Notes under the pieces: generated by a model
What the model was told of the DNA's origin: nothing
Seen by the model: the letters and a program-made list of their open reading frames with translations, nothing else
Database searches by the model: none
In this document: positions 37,281 through 50,002 of the stretch, in pieces
Layout of the letters: each line of letters begins with the position of its first letter
Position numbering within the stretch: position 1 is the stretch's first letter
Translations under genes and position numbers: made by a program
From: Azolla caroliniana
Taxonomy: Eukaryota; Plantae; Polypodiophyta
Reading direction: 5' to 3'
Assembly: GCA_043228905.1 (NCBI GenBank)
Contig: JBHGNT010000010.1
Span: forward strand, 7,192,001-7,256,000
DNA length: 64,000 nt

Positions 37281-39404
37281 ATGAAAGGGTCGGATCTTGC
37301 AGGGGCCATGGCTTCGGCCGTGGATCGGATACTGAGCGCACGCGAGGGCTCCGGCGCCCTTGACAGAGCCATTGAGGCGGTCGTCGGTACGATCGGCCGG
37401 TTCAGCGGAAAGGATGCCACGAAGTATTTGGCGTCCTACGGGGCAGAAATGCTGATGCGGGACATTCCGGAAGAGAGGCGTCTTGCCGGGTTTCCTCAAG
37501 TGGCGATGCCGAGCATCCATGCGGAGGTGCTCGAGGTGCGGGCGGAGAGCCGTACCTGGGAGGAGTTCGAAGGCCGACTCCTAGAAAAATACGGGCTGGA
37601 CGACGCGCTCCGGCTTTCGAAACGGGACTTCATGGAATGGGTGGAGTCCCCCGGCAAGGGAAGAAACGCGTCGGCACTCCTCCGGGAGTTTGAAGAACGC
37701 TTTGCGCGCCTTTCGGCGCTTGACCGAACCGTTCTGGATACGAGCCGGGTCCTATTGTTCGTCTAGTCGGTGGACGAGCGGGACCGGGACCAAGTCGGCT
37801 CCTTGCTGGAAACCGAGGACGGGCTGACAACCGACTGGTCTGCGGTTAAGAGAGTCTGTGGCCGTTTCGATAAATGGCGGGAATGGGCTGACAACGGGGC
37901 GGCCGGTGCGGGGTCTGTCACAGCAAGGAGGCTTGAACCGGCACTGCAAGTACGAAGGGAAGAAACCCGGGAATGGCTCGAAACCGGTCCGGCTTCGACT
38001 GGCATGGTCAATGGCTCGTCCGGAGGAGCAGCGCTGGAGGAGTTGACGCGGGCGATAAAGGATCTCCAGATCGCCCAGACTCGAAGGGAAGGCGGCGAAC
38101 CGGCTCGTGACCGACGGCCGGCAGCGGGGAACAGGTGCATGTGGTGCGACGAGGTCGGCCACATTCGGAAGGACTGCGGCGATTTCGCAGAGGCGTTGAG
38201 GAACCAGGTGGTGTACCTGTGGGAAGGCCGGGTGCACGACGACGACACCAGGAGGGCCTTGAACCGAAACGACGGGCGAGGAGGTATGAAGAGACTGTTG
38301 GAAGAGGCAGCGGCCCGACACGTAGAGGCCATCCACTACTCGGCGTCGGCCGGAATTCGGGTCGGGGGCAGCGAGGTCCGAACAGAGGGCAAAGACGGAT
38401 TCTGGTCGGCAATGCTAGGAGGTCTTGCCGGCACACGACTAAGGAAAGATGAAACGGACCACGCTGAGAGACGGGTCCAGGAAATAACCGGGTGGAGCGA
38501 TCCGGTCGAGGAGAAGACGGGCTTCGTAGAAGCCGCCTGCCGGAACTACGAGGCTCTGGTAGAGGACAAACGAGTGGGGAAAGCCGGAGCGGCCGGGCCC
38601 TCACAACGGTACGAGACCCGATTCGGGCAACGACGGAACGATGCCGGCGGGTCCAGCTCGCAAGATAACCCCAGGAAGGGTGGATACCGATTGGGGACGG
38701 AAATAGAAAGGACTACGGACCTACGAAAGGTCCTAGAAGAACGGATCCTCGACAACAAAGTGGAGCTGTCATTGCGGGAGGTGCTGGGGATCGCCAAGAA
38801 GGAGTTCCACGACTCCATTGTAGACTTGGTGAAACGAAAGAGGCTGTCGACGGAGACGGAACCGGAAAGACCGGTAGAGGTGCGGACGACGCGCATCGAC
38901 GACTCGGCGCTGGCAGATGAGTGGGCGGAGAGCCACTATTCGAGGCCACACTGGGCCCGAGCGACCACGGAGACCCCGGTAAAGATCGGAGATGTTCAGG
39001 AACCGGTGGTGGCATTGGTGGACCACGGTTCGGAAATAAACCTAATGTCCATGGACTTCTATAAGAAGGGAAAGTGGCCGATCAACACCAGGCACGGGTG
39101 GAAGATACGGGCGGCGACGCGCGCCACCGAGGAACTGCACGGGGCCTGCCCGAATGTGCGAGTAAAGATCGGCGACGTCGAGATTGACCAGCACTTCTTC
39201 GTACAGGAGATGTCCTCGCATCCGGTCATATTAGGGGAACCATACATCACGGCGGCGAGAATGGAGACCAAGGTGCTGGACAACGGTTCGGCCTACGCGA
39301 GGGTCAAAAGCCAGGACGGGCGCCATTCAGTGCAATTTCTGACGGTGCGGCCGAACCACGAGAGAAACCGCGAATCCCTCGGTGGCGAGAGCCGGGAGGA
39401 TTTT
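37281..39404 (+). pseudogene. Gypsy B ORF1: Gag (CCHC knuckle, DUF4100-like region) plus aspartic protease; TAG at 37764-37766
   Basis: CMWCDEVGHIRKDC; DLRKVLEERILDNKVELSLREVLG; ALVDHGSEINLM...VILGEPY. Confidence 0.88.
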
Positions 39405-42400
39405 AGAGAGGGCTGCCAAGGCGTGGGGACGAGACAGTCTGGACACTCGGGAAAGACCCCACAACTGTACGATAGAACAGAAACCGAAGAAACCTTGTAC
39501 GATAGGTAGAAAATTCTGCTTCTCCGGCAACGGAGGGTGCATGATAGTCGGCATCGTTGGGCGAGAAAAGACAAGGGCGGAAGTGCGACTTCGAGCGTGC
39601 GGAGTTCTCGGCCCGGACGAGGAAATCAGCGGAGCCGTTGAGACGGTCTCCTTCGACGACACCTTGGGGATGCTGAGGAAGGTTGCCAGAGAAGACCTTA
39701 ACGAAGACCGGACGATACCGGTATGTTCCGAAGAGATGTACGAATTCATCGCGAACTTCAGTCGGGGGCTCGGGTCGGATCGGACAGCCCGAGTTAGCAC
39801 AAAGTACAAGGCTGTGGACCGGAAGGTAAGGCCAGTCGCGGCACCCTTACCGGAGGGCAGCGAGTCCCGGATCAGAGGGGTTGCGTCGGACCCCAGTTTA
39901 CGAGATCCGGCCTGCATAGGACACACCTTCACCGACGGGACGCTCCGGGAGCTCAAAATCGGTGGGGGCGGGTTCCTACTGCCGGCGGAGGAAGACCGGT
40001 TTCGGAGGATGCTCGGAAGGCACGGGAAAGCCTTCGCATTCTCACCGGAAGAGATCGGGTGTGTAGACCCGACGATCGTGGAGCCGATGGTGATATTCAC
40101 GGTACCGCATGTGCCGTGGAATCTCAAGCCGATCCCGGTACCGAGAGCTCACATCCCGAAGTTGATGGAGCTATTGAGGCAGAAAGTAGATATGGGCATT
40201 CTCGAACCGTCGAGTGCCCCATACTCGAACCGATGGTTTACCGTACCAAAGAAAAACGGAACGATGCGCTTCATTCAAGACCTGCAGCCGGTCAACAGAG
40301 TGACCATTCGGAACGCAGGAATAGGACCAACCATAGACGAGTTCGCGGAGGCCTTCGCCGGAAGGTCGATTTACTCGGTCGGTGATTTGTACTCGGGGTA
40401 CGACCAGTTCCAGCTAGCCGTGGAGAGCAGAGATATTACGACGATGCGAACTCCCCTCGGCCTAGTGCGAATGTGTACCCTGCCACAAGGAGGAACCAAC
40501 TCGGTGGCCCACATGGTGAATGCAATGAACAAGGTACTGAGGGATTGCATCCCGGACATCACCATGCCATTTCTAGACGACATCCCGATAAAGGGGTGCC
40601 CGGTGGAGGAGAAGGACGAGACAGTCGGGCCGGACGGATGCCGGCGATTCGTGGCGACACACATCGACGACTGCGAGAAGGTGCTACAGAGGCTAGAGGA
40701 TGCGAGGCTCACCTTCTCCGGGGAGAAATCGGCCTTCGGGCAATCGGAAATCCTGGTGGTCGGACACCTATGTGGACCATATGGCCGGAAGCCGTCTCCG
40801 GCAAAGGTAGAAGCCATCTCCATGATGAAGACCGACTGTAGCTCGGTTACGGAAGTTCGGAGGTTCCTGGGGGCATGCGCATTCTACCACATATGGATCC
40901 CGCATTACGCCCACGTTGCGGAGCCGTTATACGGTGTCGTGCCTTTCGGCTCCGGATCGTTTGTCTTCAATCGACCATCCTTCATCAGCCATGTCGTTGA
41001 CAAGATTCTCATCTTCCTCTCATCATGTCTCCGGCATACCCTTTGGACTTCGGCCCAATTTTCGGTAAGACCATTCGTACCGTCATCGTCTTCGAGTTCG
41101 ATCCCGATGTCCATCCTTTCTTTTCGATCGATCGATTTTACGAACATTAGGACTTTATCCTCCCCCACCAACCGTTGTTCCCGCTCCGAGAGTTGAGCAA
41201 GACGATGCTCGAACTCTAGGAATGCTTGTGTTGCACTTCGGTGGGTCTTCTCCGATGCCACCCATTCGTCGAATTTTCGCCGATCTTGTCCCTTTGATCT
41301 CTTGTAATCATATGCCTCTCGTAAAGCTTCTTCGAATGACCCCCATGTCGAGTTTTGTTGCCGTATCTTGTGGATTCTCTCTTGTAGCTCATCCGTGGCC
41401 ACCCGATTGAAGGATGTCACTTGCAATCCTTCCGGTATCCCACATCGTATCATCTCCGCCTTGTAGTCACATAGATAGCGTGACACATCGTTTCCGTTGA
41501 ATTGTCTGTTTCGTTGTACGAGCCGCTTTACTGCCCCCGTGATCTCCGACATCACTCGTTGTTCTTGTAGCATCCGCTCGAACATCATCATCATCATTAT
41601 GCTCATTGCCTCTTGTTGATTCTCCATCTCCCTGCCACCCGCCTTCACGTCGGGTTCACCAACTGTGTCGTGCCTTTCGGCTCCGGATCGTTGCGTGAGT
41701 CGGGTGGGAACCGCCGAGGTTTTGGACTAGGAGAAAGAAGAATATGAGATGAGGCTAGTAATGAATAGATTATTAGAAAGAGAGATAGAAATTTCGTGAA
41801 TCCCACGAGTGTATTGTATTCGATTAATCAATATTTAGATAAGAATATGTATTTAGATTGAAAGAAAGATATAAGAAACTTGTGAATCCCACAAGTATAG
41901 ATTATATTATTTTCGTGAATCCCACGATTATATTAATCGGTTGGTGTTTTCGGAAATATATCCAATTTCCAAATATTTCACACACAATTACATTGTGCTC
42001 CCCATCCTTATGTAGTGATGAGGAAGTCTTAGTAATCCATGCTTTTTCTCTAACTATAGACCCCATGCTTTTCCTATAGATAGACTATATGCTTTATCTA
42101 AAGTGATCATGCTTTTTCTAACTTGTGCGTTTTTTTTATCATGCACGCTAGATGTGTATGTGTAGCTTTTTCTTTTGTTATGCGTTTTTCTAATGTTTAT
42201 CCTAGCGTGAATTTACCTTTCTATGTGGGACATCTATGCTTTAACACTAATGAAATGCTAGTGTAATGGTAAGACATTACATTATTAACATGGAGGTGCA
42301 AGGTTCGAATCTTGCCCTATGCATGTTTCATTTATTTTGCTATTTTCTTCTATTTCTTCATTTTTTATTGAATCTAATACTATATACGTTTTTCACGTAG

Positions 42401-44311
42401 TGTACAAAATACACTACGACACTGGGTTGCTGAAGAAAGGGCGAAAATTCGAGTGGCGAGACGAGCACACGGAGTCGGTCCGGAAGCTGAAGGAAGCTCT
42501 TGCGGCAGCACCGGTGCTCCAGAAGGCTGTCTACGGGAAGGGTACCCCGGTATACATAACAGTGGATACGAGTCCGACCGGGATCGGATGGGTCGTCAAC
42601 CAAGAGGACAAGAACGGCATTCGGTTCCCGATCCGATTCGGCGCGAAGGTCCTCAGTGAACGACAACGAGGGTACGCCCAGGTTAAACGCGAACTCTGGG
42701 GTATCGTTTCGGCAGTAAAGGCCGACAAAGATTACCTGATCGAGACGGAAGTGGTTATCGAGACCGGACCTGGCGATGCTCAGGTGGATAGTGTACATCA
42801 AGTCCCTGGACCCGGAAATACGACACATTTCCGAAAAGGACAACGCCATGGCCGACATGCTTTCGAGGGCGAGGTTTGATGACGAGGGCGGCATGGTTTC
42901 GGAGGACGAAGAAGTCGGCGTGGACTTCTTCGAGGCGGCGTACGTGACGACCGACGGGGCGAGCACTCCGGCACTTAACGGCTTCGACGAGAGCAAGTAC
43001 GACGGCGAGTGGCTACAGATCGGTGGATTTTTGAGGACAATGACGCCGGATGCGTCATGGACGAAGGACGAGGCCAACCGGATCCGGAAGAAAGCATATC
43101 GATTCTTTCTCCAGGACGGATACTTATGGAAGCACCCGAAGAAGAGGAATGGCGTCCCGCTCCGGGTGGTGGCGATGGAGGAAGAACAAGAAGAGCTGCT
43201 GACGGCCTACCACGACAGCCCTTGGGCTGGACACCGTGGAACCTGGGCCACGTTCGAGAAGATAAAGGGGAAGTACTGGTGGCCGGGACTGTACCGGGAC
43301 GTGCATCGATTCGTGACAACTTGCGAGAGTTGTCAGATGCACTCCATAGTCCGACACCGGGACGAACTTCACCCTACGTACCCTCCGACCATCCACTTCA
43401 AATGGATGGTAGACTTGGTAACGATGCCGATAGGAGTAGGACAGATGCGGTATCTGGTCCTGGCTCGGGAAGATCTAACGAACCAGGTGGAAGGCCGGGC
43501 CCTTCAGAACAAAAGGACTGCAGCCGTATGTCGGTTCCTGCTCGAGGACGTAATATGCCGGTACGGGTGCGTCGGGAAGATCGTGGCTGATCACGGGGAG
43601 TTGGACGTCGAAGAGGCCGAGGAGCTATTCGACCGGCTAGGAGTCAAGCTCTCGCTTACCACTGCGTACAATCTAGAGGCGAATGGAAAGGTGGAGCACG
43701 AAGACGGACTGATCGTCAAGGCGCTAGTTCGGGCATGCGGAGGTCAAGTCGGGAACTGGCCGCGGCTGTTGCCTTACGCGTTGTGGGCGGACCGAACTAC
43801 GCACAGTTCGGTAACCGGATTCATGCCGGCAGAGCTGATGTTTGGGCAGAAGCCGATCATGCCGATGGAACGCACGATCTCCTCGTGGGCAACCGTGGAC
43901 TGGAGAGACGAGATGAGCCGGGAGGAACTGTTGGCGGCGCGCATACGACAGCTCGAGCGAAGACCGGAGGACGTGGAGCAGGCCGCGGGAAAGCTTCGAG
44001 TGGCAAGGACGAGGAACAAAGCCCGGTTCGACCGAACGCACCGGCTCCGACCGAAGAGGATCGAGGAAGGCGACTGGGTGCTAGTCTACGACAGCAGCCT
44101 CGACAACCAGCACCGAGCGACACAGAAGTTCGCAAGAAGGTGGTTCGGGCCTTACGTGGTACAAAGCGCCAACGACAACGGGACGTACCATCTGGCGGAA
44201 CTCGACGGCACAAGAATAGTGATACCGGTAGTTGGGAAGCGGATCAAAGCGTTCAAGAAGCGTCACGACAACAGGCCGGATCCGGTTAACCTGGACCGGG
44301 ACGACGAATGA
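39398..44311 (+). pseudogene. Gypsy B ORF2: spacer domain, RT, RNase H, integrase; no chromodomain; split by D
   Basis: RFIQDLQPVN, DLYSGYDQ, LPQGGTNS, FLDDIPIKG; TVDTSPTGIG; H-x5-GH...C-x2-C; WFGPY; ~40-nt deletion at ~42765. Confidence 0.92.
40935..42421 (-). mobile_element. Gypsy D remnant: 5' LTR 41666-42421, PBS-Trp, gag 41627-40961, 26-bp stub of the 3' LTR
   Basis: tgtcgtgcctttcggctccggatcgt at 40935 and 41666; PBS tggtgaacccgacgtga; inserted at TTA TAC GG|G TTG (EPLYG|LLKKG) of B pol. Confidence 0.9.
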
Positions 44312-47300
44312 TCCGAAACCGAGGAAGAACCGACGGGCGGGGAATGAAGGCTGGACCGGTTTTCTCCGTCCCAACACAATTTGGCGCATGCTGGTGGATG
44401 CGCGGTTAGGTGGGGGCGGATGTCGTGAAGAAAACCGTCCACGAGCGGAATCCGTGCACCGGAGCGTAGAAACCGACTCTTCATGCACGTGCGCCTCAAG
44501 TTGTACATAGGAGATCCTAGGTAGATTCGGTAGGTAGGGAGTAAAGGGGAAACGGCTCCTTCCTTGCCTATAAAAGGAGGGAGACGAGGAGGGTAGAGGG
44601 ATCGCGGTGAGTCGAGGACGAAGTGCTGTCGGTTTGCGCGCGAAGGCTTCTCTCTCTCTCTCTCTCTGGTTTGCAAACGCCATAGCTTCCTTCTGTGCAG
44701 GTTTCGGGAGGCTCGCGCTGCTCTGAGGAATGCCCGAGTGCTTCTGGCAGCACCTCCAACCTACTCATTCCTCTCTGTGCGTTTACGAGCAGGTATCGGC
44801 ATCTGTTCGCCGGCCTGTTCGGTTGTAACTGACTTCGTGTTTTGTTGTCTTCGTGTTCTTGTTGTTTGTCTTGTCAATACATACATACTTTCGTGTCTTT
44901 CTGTGTCGCTGTCCCACTCGCGTCTTTGCGTCGAAGGGCCGTGTCCCTGTGAATCTACGCTCGCACGTAGTGGGTCTCTTCTCTTTCTCTCTTGCTCTTT
45001 GGTACAGGACCCCCGAGGTCCCGCCTCACTCCACGCATTCGCGAGGAATACCTTGACACCGGTTCTTCTGAATCCTTCTGTAGAATCGAATCGGCTGTCT
45101 CCGATTCGTTCCAGCTCTTGTCCGAATCGGTTGCTCCCGATTCGTCTTCTGGTTCCAGGCCCTTCACCACATCGGACCATGTCTAGGTCTTGGCCTTCAT
45201 CTTCCGGTCGGCTCTGTCCTTCTTGACTTTGCCTCCGCTGCTGCTTGTTCCGACTTGTTCGGATGTGTCAACTTCCTTTGTCGACTCGGCTCCTTTCTTC
45301 TTCATGTCTCTCCCCTTGTCGGTTCTTCCCTCACCGGCGCAATCCGCAATCTCTTTGCCTTTGCCCGTTCCGGTGGTGTCTTTGCCCATTCTCCCCCTCA
45401 AGTGTGGCACATCGAGATGTTGAACACCAAGCATTTCGGTGAAGTGCTGCAACTTGTCTGATCCGAGCGGTTTGGTGAAGATGTCGGCAACCTGCCGATC
45501 CATATGAACATACCAAAGTTCGACTTCACCACTCAGTACACGCTCACACACAAAGTGGTAGTTCACTTCGATGTGCTTTGTGTGAGCATGGAATACAGGG
45601 TTCTTGGCGAGCTGCATACTGCTGATGTTGTCACAGTAGATTAGGATCGGGGTCGGCACCTCGATCCGCAGGTCTTGCAGCAGTCGCCGAAGCCAAATGG
45701 CTTCACAGGTGGCAATGGTAGCGCCCCGGTATTCAGCCTCAGTGCTCGACAGAGCCACTGTTGGCTTCTTTTTGCTGCTCCACGCAACAGTCGTACTACC
45801 AAGGGGAAACATATAGCCGGAAGTTGAACGGCGATTTGATGCATCGCCATCCCAGTCGGCATCCGTGTAACCGACTAGCACTTCGGTCATACCTCGCCGG
45901 TATAACAGTTCCCGGTCCTTCGTGCCGCTCACATACCGCAGTATTCGGTGCGCGCACTAAAGATGCTCGACGGTCGGCTTGTGCATGAATTGACTAACCA
46001 CACTGACCGGATAGTTGATGTTGGGTCGGGTGATGGTCAAATATATAAGGCTTTCGACAATTTGTCGGAACTGTTGCTCATCGCAGGCCGGTCCGAAGTT
46101 GGGACAGAGCTTCTGTTTCTGGTCCAGGGGTGTAGAAATAGGGCGGCATTCCGTCATGCCGAACTTGTACAACATATTCAACACATAGTGTCTTTATGAG
46201 AGCAATATGCCATCGGGGGTTCGGATCACCTCGATCCCAAGGAAATAGTGAAGGTCCCCTAGGTCCTTCATCTCAAATGCGTCCGACAGTTAAGACTTGA
46301 CTCGGCTGATCTCATCGAGTCCGGGTCCGGTGATGACTAGATCATCAACATACAAGAAGATGCAAACCGGACCATCCGGACCTTGCCGGATGAATAACAA
46401 AGAGTCGGACTTGGAGGCCGCAAACCCCAACTTCGCATTCCAAGCTCGGGGGGCTTGCTTCAGGCCATAAAGTGACTTCTTCAGCCGGCATACAACCGAC
46501 TTGTTCATCTCCAACTGAAAACCGGGAGGTTGGGTCATAAAGACCTCTTCTTCTAGATCACCTTGAAGAAATGCATTCTTCACGCCCATTTGGTGAAGAT
46601 GCCACTCCCTTGCCGCAACAACCACTAGCACCACATGAACCGTTGTCATCTTCGCTACCGGAGCGAAGGTCTCGTCGTAGTCGATTCCGTGGGTCTGCGC
46701 GTATCCCTTTGCCACTAACTGAGCCTTGTACCGGTTAACTGAACCGTCGGCGTTGTACTTTACCTTGTACACCCACTTGCATCCGATCGGGTTACTGTGA
46801 TGGGGAGGGTCAACCAGGTCCCATGTATCGTTGGCATTAAGTGCCTGCATCTCTTCCTCCATAGCGGCACGCCAATTTGCATCCCTTGCCGCTTCTGCGT
46901 AGCTCTCCGGCTCACGCACTTCCGCGACCTGGGTCATGTATGCATAATGATGCGCCATGTACTCATTGTACTCGTACCGCTTAACAGGTTCCTTCTGACG
47001 GGTACTCTCTTCTTGAGTCCCGGATTCATCATCTTCTATCTGGACCGGTTCAGGCTCACTAGGCTCATCCTCTGGTATCGGGTCGGGGTCGGAAGTTGGA
47101 GCTGATAAGGCATACCATGATGCCGTCTCATCAAACTCAACATCGCGGCTAACTCGGACCTGCTTCGTCCGGGGGTTATAACAATTATACCCCTTTTGGT
47201 CATGTGAGTAGCCGATGAGAATGCACTTCTCCGATTTTGCATCCAGCTTCCTCCGCTTCTCATCCGACACATGCACATATGCTATGCTGCTGAAAATCCG

Positions 47301-50002
47301 AAGGTGTCTCAAATTCGGCTTGCGCCCGAAATACAGCTCATGCGCGGACACCTTGTCACCGATCCGGTTTTGGATGTAGACGGCCGTCCGGACCGCCTCT
47401 ACCCAGTAGAAATGGGGCATGCTCTTCTCTTCTAGCATTGCCCTTGCCGCGTCGACAAGTGACCGGTTCTTCCTTTCAGCCACACCGTTTTGCTCCAGTG
47501 TGTATCTGTAGCTGAACTCTCTCCGAATTCTTGTTTGCTGCAGATAACTGTTGAATTGGCCGGAAAAATATTCTTTTCTGCCATCTGACCGCAGGCACTT
47601 GATCTTCCTCTCCGATTCCCATTCCACCATGCTTTGGAGGTTCCAGAAACAGTCGAAGACTTCGCTCTTCCGCTCAATGAGGTAGATCCATGTGTGCCGG
47701 CTGTAGTCATTGATGAAGGAGACGAAATATCGACTCCTGCCAAGACTCACGTTCTGTGCCGGTCCCTATACATCCAAATGAATAAGGTCGAGCTTGTTAT
47801 GGCTACGGTTTTGTTCGGTGGGGAATGGAAGCTGGTGTTGCTTCCCGAGTTGGCAGGCTTCACATACTTGGGCCTTCCAACCACTGAACTTCGGCAAACC
47901 GAAAACAACTTGTTTCGTTTGCAGGTCTTGAAGCCTCTGGTAATTGACGTGGCTGATCCGCTTGTGCTAGAGATCAATGTCCGATTCAATCTTCTGTCCT
48001 TTGGCGAACAAAGTGGTGCAGAGGTCATTGGTGTTGAGGATGAACATCCTCCGGTCTCTGCGCCCTTGCGCAATAATCTGGCCCTCCTCCTCGATGAAGC
48101 ACCCGAGGTGCGTAAACCGCACTTGCATTCCCTGGTCGACGATCTGTCCGACCGACACCAGGTTCTTCGTGATAGTCGGAACGTGTAATACGTTCATCAG
48201 CTTCCCCCTCTATCCGATGTGGCTCAAAGGGACTTCACCGATATGCACGATGGGGTGAGGAGTGTCGTCTCCGGTTTCGACAACTCTCGGTTGTTCCGGT
48301 TTCTCTAGGAAGGAGAACCACTCTTTGTGGTTCGTCATGTGATTTGATGCACCAGAATCAACGTACCACACTTCCTCCGCTTTGGAAGTGGTCTTCTTCA
48401 TTGAATTTGCCTCGTGCTTCATCACCAAGGATGGCCCCTTATCGGTCTTCCCGGTTCCGGATCCTTTCGATCCTTGCGCGTAGTGCGAGCTTTGCCGGTT
48501 CTCCCAACCGGTTTTGCCGGATCTAGATCTGTCCGAATCAGTGCGCTTCTTCTAGCACTCGCTTTTTCTGTGGCCCTTTTTGCCACAATACCAACATTCC
48601 ATGGCGGATTTGTCTTGCCGGCCTCCGACGCCACCTTGACTCCCCCTAGTTGTGGAGGTCCCAGAAGTTCTGTCGGCACTGTCTTTGTGCCTTCGGTCTT
48701 GCCCTTGCCGGCCGCCTCCATTGCGTGCCGACCCGCCTCGTCCACCACACCCACGGGGCCGATCCGGCTTCGTGTATAGTATCCGACTGTCGGTGGGTGC
48801 GCTTGTTGACGCACCGACATGGTTCTCCTCTACAAGGAGCATCGACTGTAAGTCGAAAAATGACGATGTATTCTCCCTCGTACATACTGCTGTCCGGAAA
48901 GCTCGGAACTTAGACGCCAGGCCCCCAAGACAGACCTGTACCATCTCATCTTCCTCTACAGTGACGTTGATAGAGGCAAGCGAGTCATAGATATCTTTGA
49001 TTCGGGCCATGTAACCAGCCACCGACATGTCCTTTTGTCGGACATTGCTCAACTCCTGTCGGAGTTACAGCTTCCGGGTTGTAGTGCTTGAGGCGAACAC
49101 CTTCTTTAGGTTTCCCCAAGCCTCTTTCGGCGTCTTGGCATCTCGGATGTGGCTCAACAGCTGGTCTCCGACACTAGACGCAAAGCAGTACATCACTCTG
49201 CTTGCCGATTGTTCCCACACTGGGAAGTTCTTGTGTGCCGCATCAGGTGATGTGTCGTTAGCTCCGTCGACATAGCTCTACTGACCATGCCCAAGAAGGT
49301 ACTGGTGCACCTTGTATGACCAAGATGCGTAGTTGGATCTGTCGAGCTTCTCCACCGGGAGCGAGCTAGCCATTCCTCTATCCATTTGTTTTTTTTTTTT
49401 TTTGTTCTTTACAAAGGTTAGGTTTTCTTCTTGCAAAAGCGAATGTCGGTTGCAGAGGTTCTCAACCCTTGCACTCTAATACCATGTAGAAACAAATAGC
49501 GTGCGGAAGCAATAGAAAACAGAAAACAGAAAATAGGTTTAATGGAGAGCTTAATAGTACGTGAGAGAGACAGAGAGAGCACACAAAAACTCAATTAAAA
49601 AATACTACTCAGTCTGTACATCGTATGTGTTCAGTGAACAGTTTTATACAAGTCCATCCGAACTGACATAAGTACGGTGTACTTCAATGCTCACACGAGC
49701 GTCTGACACTAACTACGAGATATTAACTCCCTAGTAGACTAGCTGCTACTTGGCTTCCAGTTACTGCTTGATCCAGCTAACCGGCTCCCCAGCTCACCGG
49801 CTCATCGACCCGGCTCATCCTTCTGGATGCTGATCCGGCTCAGGCTTATTCAGCCGATCTGGATCCGGTTGAGCTTGCCGCTCAACACATTGTAATCAAA
49901 CCCTATTTTATAAAGGGCCCTCTTCCATTGGCATCGAACACATATTTATTTCTTTAGCCAATATCATTCGTGTTTGTTTTTCCTTTCTTTCTTTGTTCTC
50001 GT

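Larger units (their letters stand above)
36600..45058 (+). mobile_element. Gypsy B (tRNA-Trp primed), young: LTRs 36600-37237 and 44421-45058 (638 bp)
   Basis: TSD CCGG 36596-36599 / 45059-45062; PBS TGGTGAACCCGACGTGA 37241-37257; PPT ggtgggggcgga; about 4 C/T differences between the LTRs by eye. Confidence 0.97.
29272..49887 (-). mobile_element. Copia F (same family as A), inserted antisense in the 5' LTR of E: 5' LTR 49485-49887, gag-pol ~49385-45183, PPT 36300-36310, 3' LTR 29272-36299 split by G
   Basis: LTR halves match each other; PBS tggtattagagt; CWYCGKKGHRKSEC, WYVDSGASNHM, YVDDL, ADIFTK; distal end of the 3' LTR deleted. Confidence 0.92.

Noticed and set aside
40934-41196. Apparent novel C-terminal tail on gypsy RT (likewise on copia RT at 33375-33552, and the N-terminus of ORF 34634)
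   Set aside because: Read-through into antisense nested insertions
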